DNA of 62,598 bases, the filler included, from Asterionella formosa (Eukaryota): the NCBI GenBank assembly GCA_002256025.1. It is 26 parts of 26 records of this genome, joined end to end, with 100 filler letters (N's around TTAATTAATTAA, not from the genome) between each part and the next. Parts side by side here need not be neighbours in the genome. Positions count along the whole stretch, not along the records: positions 57,888 to 60,193 come from NKIB01000026.1; positions 60,294 to 62,598 come from NKIB01000027.1; 24 more parts are not named here. One strand, given 5' to 3'. This document shows, piece by piece, positions 57,888-62,598 of this stretch. A model generated the notes under the pieces. It did no database searches. It was given only the letters and a program-made list of their open reading frames with translations, and was not told the origin of the DNA. Both the position numbers and the translations under genes were made by a program. Positions within the stretch are counted from its first letter, which is position 1. Every line of letters begins with the position of its first letter.

Positions 57888-60193
57888 GAGAGTCCAATGA
57901 GCGCGCATCGGATCGATGACTATGACCACTATAAACCGAGCGATCACCGGTGGTGACCATGGGACTCCTTGACAATGGAGCACCATTGGAGTCGATCGAA
58001 ATGTCGTCGGAACAATGGCTCCTCGAGCTGACAATGGAGCGATCCGATGTGCCTTCTGGTCTCTTCTGATCTTGACCGATGAAGGAATCGGCAGAATTCT
58101 CGTTCTTGTCAGAGCGATAACTACCAAGGGAGTATGCTGCATCGCTTGCAGCAGCCGCACTCCTCGGAAGTGGCTCGCTGTCCCTACTGAGCAATGATTG
58201 GTTGAAAGGATCCAAGGAGCGCTCATTTGATCGATAGCTGCTGCTGCGGCTATAGGAATGATCGTCTGGGTCAACTGATCTCCTCGGTAACAATTCACCA
58301 TGAGAGTCCAATGAGCGCGCATCGGATCGATGACTATGACCACTATAAAACGAGCGATCACCGGTGGTGACCATGGGACTCCTTGACAATGGAGCACCAT
58401 TGGAGTCGATCGAAATGTCGTCGGAACAATGGCTCCTCGAGCTGACAATGGAGCGATCCGATGTGCCTTCTGGTCTCTTCTGATCTTGACCGATGAAGGA
58501 ATCGGCAGAATTCTCGTTCTTGTCAGAGCGATAACTACCAATGGAGTATGCTGCATCGCTTGCAGCAGCCGCACTCCTCGGAAGTGGCTCGCTGTCCCTC
58601 TCGACAGAGTGATCGCAAGATTGATTACTTTCGTTATTCAATGAATGATCTCTATCGAACGCACTATGACGAGAACCGGCATTACTTTCTGGCGATGACT
58701 CGTTTTTTGAAGAATATTTCGAGGATCTGACAGAACCTGTGGAGTCCCGGTCCTTTGCAACATCCGTCAAAGCTGCGGGGGCGTCCAATACATTTGATCG
58801 ATTTCCCCCACTATGGTCGGTCCGATAATCAGAGCGATTCTCAGAGTCTGATCGGAACGTCCGTGGTGAACCATTGGTATCCATAGTATGGTCGCCTGAC
58901 AGGTAGCTCCTTGTATAGGAGGAATGATGACCGCTGTCGTCTCGTCTACTGAGCAATGATTGGTTGAAAGGATCCAAGGAGCGCTCATTTGATCGATAGC
59001 TGCTGCTGCGGCTATAGGAATGATCGTCTGGGTCAACTGATCTCCTCGGTAACAATTCACCACGAGAGTCCAATGAGCGCGCATCGGATCGATGACTATG
59101 ACCACTATAAACCGAGCGATCACCGGTGGTGACCATGGGACTCCTTGACAATGGAGCACCATTGGAGTCGATCGAAATGTCGTCGGAACAATGGCTCCTC
59201 GGGCTGACAATGGAGCGATCCGATGTGCCTTCTGGTCTTTTCTGATCTTGACCGATGAAGGAATCGGCAGAATTCTCGTTCTTGTCAGAGCGATAACTAC
59301 CAATGGAGTATGCTGCATCGCTTGCAGCAGCCGCACTCCTCGGAAGTGGCTCGCTGTCCCTCTCGACAGAGTGATCGCAAGATTGATTACTTTCGTTATT
59401 CAATGAATGATCTCTATCGAACGCACTATGACGAGAACCGGCATTACTTTCTGGCGATGACTCTTTGTTTGAAGAATATTTCGAGGATCTGACAGAACCT
59501 GTGGAGTCCCGGTCCTTTGCAACATCCGTCAAAGCTACGGAGGCGTCCAATACATTTGATCGATTTCCCCCACTATGGTCGGTCCGATAATCAGAGCGAT
59601 TCTCAGAGTCTGATCGGAACGTCCGTGGTGAACCATTGGTATCCATAGTATGGTCGCCTGACAGGTAGCTCCTTGTATAGGAGGAATGATGACCGCTGTC
59701 GTCTCGTCTACTGAGCAATGATTGGTTGAAAGGATCCAAGGAGCGCTCATTTGATCGATAGCTGCTGCTGCGGCTATAGGAATGATCGTCTGGGTCAACT
59801 GATCTCCTCGGTAACAATTCACCACGAGAGTCAAATGAGCGCGCATCGGATCGATGACTATGACCACTATAAACCGAGCGATCACCGGTGGTGACCATGG
59901 GACTCCTTGACAATGGAGCACCATTGGAGTCGATCGAAATGTCGTCGGAACAATGGCTCCTCGAGCTGACAATGGAGCGATCCGATGTGCCTTCTGGTCT
60001 CTTCTGATCTTGACCGATGAAGGAATCGGCAGAATTCTCGTTCTTGTCAGAGCGATAACTACCAATGGAGTATGCTGCATCGCTTGCAGCAGCCGCACTC
60101 CTCGGAAGTGGCTCGCTGTCCCTCTCGACAGAGTGATCGCAAGATTGATTACTTTCGTTATTCAATGAATGATCTCTATCGAACGCACTATGA
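57888..60193 (-). CDS. Internal part of a low-complexity Ser/Arg/Asp/His-rich protein made of 254-aa (762-bp) tandem repeats
   Basis: One minus-strand frame is open across the whole contig. Homologous positions are offset by 762, 762 and 414 nt, all multiples of 3. Confidence 0.75.
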
Positions 60194-61561
60194 NNNNNNN
60201 NNNNNNNNNNNNNNNNNNNNNNNNNNNNNNNNNNNNNTTAATTAATTAANNNNNNNNNNNNNNNNNNNNNNNNNNNNNNNNNNNNNNNNNNNNAATGGAC
60301 TTGAAAGAGAAGTTGTAGATTAACCTAAGTGAGTTCAACTTTTTGAAAAAATTAGTATATCTCGATATATATACTCAGCAATGTAGATGCTAGTCAGTGG
60401 ATCAAAGGATCATGGTGAATTTAGGAGAATGTTGGTAGATAGATTTGACTCTATTGGTAGTTCCAAATAAAGTGAGCTTATAGAATTAACTTTTAGCAAA
60501 CCAAACCAACAAAATTAAGTCATAAATAATTAAGTCATAAATGAGTAAATCAACTCATGTTCATGACAAGACTCAAAGATCGTGACTGCGCTGATTTTGT
60601 AGAGCTTCTGTGTACATGGTGGGTAACCTAAAATATGACTAACTACCCGGTAATCCTCGTGGGACCGGGTATGGTACCTGGTACCTGGTCCGGGTAAATT
60701 ACAAATTCCTCACTGGTACTCATGTCAAAGAAGATGACGCACAACTGTATCTGGCAACTTTTATCTGCTACCAGGTACCTGCAAGTTACGGTAATTGTGG
60801 TGAAAATTAAAAAATTTAGTTATCTTTATCTCATATTAAATTGTTTATTAAAGCCAAATGACCGCAACTTGCTGGTACCTGGTACCGGGGTACCGGTGGT
60901 CTACTAGAAGACACGTTACATACAAAGCAGACACAAGGAACCCAGTCCATCAATTTGTGTGGCCGGCGTTCGTTGGATGATACTGTACGTACGACAACAG
61001 GATGGTGTCGGACGATTCGCAGCTACATAGTATGGAGCTCGGAATGGCTGCACTTTCGCCGAGGCCCATCCTCTCCTATGTACATAGGTAGAAGTACCAG
61101 GTACTACAGTATCAAAAAGAAATAGAACACAGGATAGTACCGAGTACCGAGTAGTTCCGCCCAGGAGGAATGCATGGTGGTCCACTGTTCGCCCAGGAGA
61201 CCAAGCAGCAAGGCAGAATATTTCATTTTTGTCATGGTCTCCGTCAATGGTACCCGGGTGCATTCCTGTACTTTGTTACCTGCGCGCTAATACGAACTGT
61301 CATGATATTACAAACTACGTACGACGCTGAACCCCCCAGCGTTTCTTTCTTGGGAGCGAACGAAAAGTTCTGGTAATTATTAGGCCTGAAACGGACCCAG
61401 CAGAAGATTTTTCATTTCAGATTTCCAGTTGATCTCATAGTTTCAAAAGTCACAAGTAGATTACTGGGTACTAACACTCACATACTCTATTCCAGCTACC
61501 TTTCGATTCTCCATTTTTGGTAAGTTGTTCGTGGCGAACAACCTTTCGGAGAAAATTCCAA

Positions 61562-62598
61562 ATGAGTGAACCAACCACTAAAGTGGAGACGGAGGAATTC
61601 GTCGATGAAGCAACCGATAAGGCCGAAGAACCCTTGCCTGCCTTTCCCCATCGCGAGAAGGGTCTCTCCGACTTGGGTGGCATGGATACCATCGACGAGG
61701 GATCGCCGCGTACAAGGCCCAACCGTGGCGACAGGAGAGCGGTGTCGGACCTCGTCATTTTGATGAACCTTCCAGAAGAAGCCCAAGCCCAAGGCGGACG
61801 CAAACGCCAGAAGAGCTCTGCGGACGTTGTCACCACCTTTTTCACTTCCGCACTCAATCAGGATGATCTCCGCATGGCCGAAGAAGTGGCCGTGCACGGA
61901 ACTCGCGCTGAGCGTCTGGCTCAGGGCATCACCGATAGTGCCCACGAGAAGAAAATCGAAGAGTTCGAGGAGAAGGAGTTTGAAGACGGTGCTGCTGATT
62001 TCGTGTTCAACCACGAGGGACTCACGTCCGCTGAAGCTGCGGAACGACTCATCAAGTACGGACGCAATGAGCTCCCGGAGACGAGGGACCCAAAGTGGTT
62101 GATCTTTCTCAGGCAGTTCTGGGCTCCTATGCCCATCATGATCTGGATTGCCATCATTATCGAAATCAGCATCAAAAACATCCTTGACACGGCCATTTTG
62201 TGTGTCATTCAGTTCGCGAACGGTTTCATCAGCTTTTACGAAACCACCAAGGCTGGTGACGCTGTTGCCGCTCTCAAGTCTAGTTTGAAGCCCACTGCCA
62301 CTTGCAAGCGTGATGGTAAATGGGCCGTTATTGATGGCGGCAGCATTGTGCCTGGAGATACTGTCCTCTTGGCCAGTGGCTCTGCGATTCCTGCCGACTG
62401 TAGAGTCAACAATTCCGAGATCGATGTCGACCAAGCTGCGCTTACCGGAGAGTCGTTGCCCGTCACCTTCTACAAGGGAGATTCCTGTAAGATGGGATCG
62501 ACTGTCGTCCGCGGAGAGGTGGAAGGCACAGTCGAGTTCACAGGCGCTGATACATTCTTTGGAAAGACTGCTAGTTTGTTGAAGAACACACACGAGCT
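61562..62598 (+). CDS. P3A-type plasma-membrane H+-ATPase, N-terminal part (3'-partial, not in the ORF track)
   Basis: From ATG 61562: MSEPTTKVE...GLTSAEAAERLIKYGRNELPE...FLRQFWAPMPIMIWIA...FYETTKAGDAVAALK...VPGD...IPAD...DQAALTGESLPV...TFFGKTASL. Confidence 0.93.
   Translation, partial: MSEPTTKVETEEFVDEATDKAEEPLPAFPHREKGLSDLGGMDTIDEGSPRTRPNRGDRRAVSDLVILMNLPEEAQAQGGRKRQKSSADVVTTFFTSALNQDDLRMAEEVAVHGTRAERLAQGITDSAHEKKIEEFEEKEFEDGAADFVFNHEGLTSAEAAERLIKYGRNELPETRDPKWLIFLRQFWAPMPIMIWIAIIIEISIKNILDTAILCVIQFANGFISFYETTKAGDAVAALKSSLKPTATCKRDGKWAVIDGGSIVPGDTVLLASGSAIPADCRVNNSEIDVDQAALTGESLPVTFYKGDSCKMGSTVVRGEVEGTVEFTGADTFFGKTASLLKNTHE

Noticed and set aside
61496..62593. 365-aa minus-strand ORF
   Set aside because: Antisense shadow of the H+-ATPase frame.

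Overview
This window is not one locus. It is 26 unplaced contigs of about 2.3 kb each, in roughly decreasing size, joined by an artificial 100-bp spacer (44 N + TTAATTAATTAA + 44 N, which has stops in all six frames). Adjacency across spacers therefore means nothing. The content is eukaryotic and very likely from a diatom (inference: signal peptide + F/W bipartite plastid presequences, a diatom-type LRR protein, CoDi-like copia elements, short GT-AG introns). Host genes: RlmN-type radical SAM methyltransferase, OMS1-like methyltransferase, COG3899-like ATPase C-terminal half, LPA3/DUF1995 protein with an in-frame intron, MFS transporter, mucin-like membrane protein, a 254-aa-repeat Ser/Arg/Asp protein, a P3A H+-ATPase N-terminus (absent from the ORF track) and a spliced gene of unknown function. 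Most of the rest is transposable-element DNA: about five Ty1/copia lineages (one in four near-identical copies), two diverged tyrosine-recombinase retrotransposon copies with overlapping RT-RH/YR ORFs, pogo-like and Crypton-like relics, two solo-LTR-like copies and several tandem arrays. The most interesting non-gene signals are: (i) pervasive TA-C(n)G-TA micro-palindromes that look like accumulated Tc1/mariner/pogo excision footprints, with one filled/empty pair visible; (ii) CCAATACAAGGT motif arrays on two contigs, one near the Crypton-like relic; (iii) a tRNA-like Pol III head followed by a hairpin-rich segment. I see no convincing new multi-gene system. All family calls are from motif recognition, not database searches.
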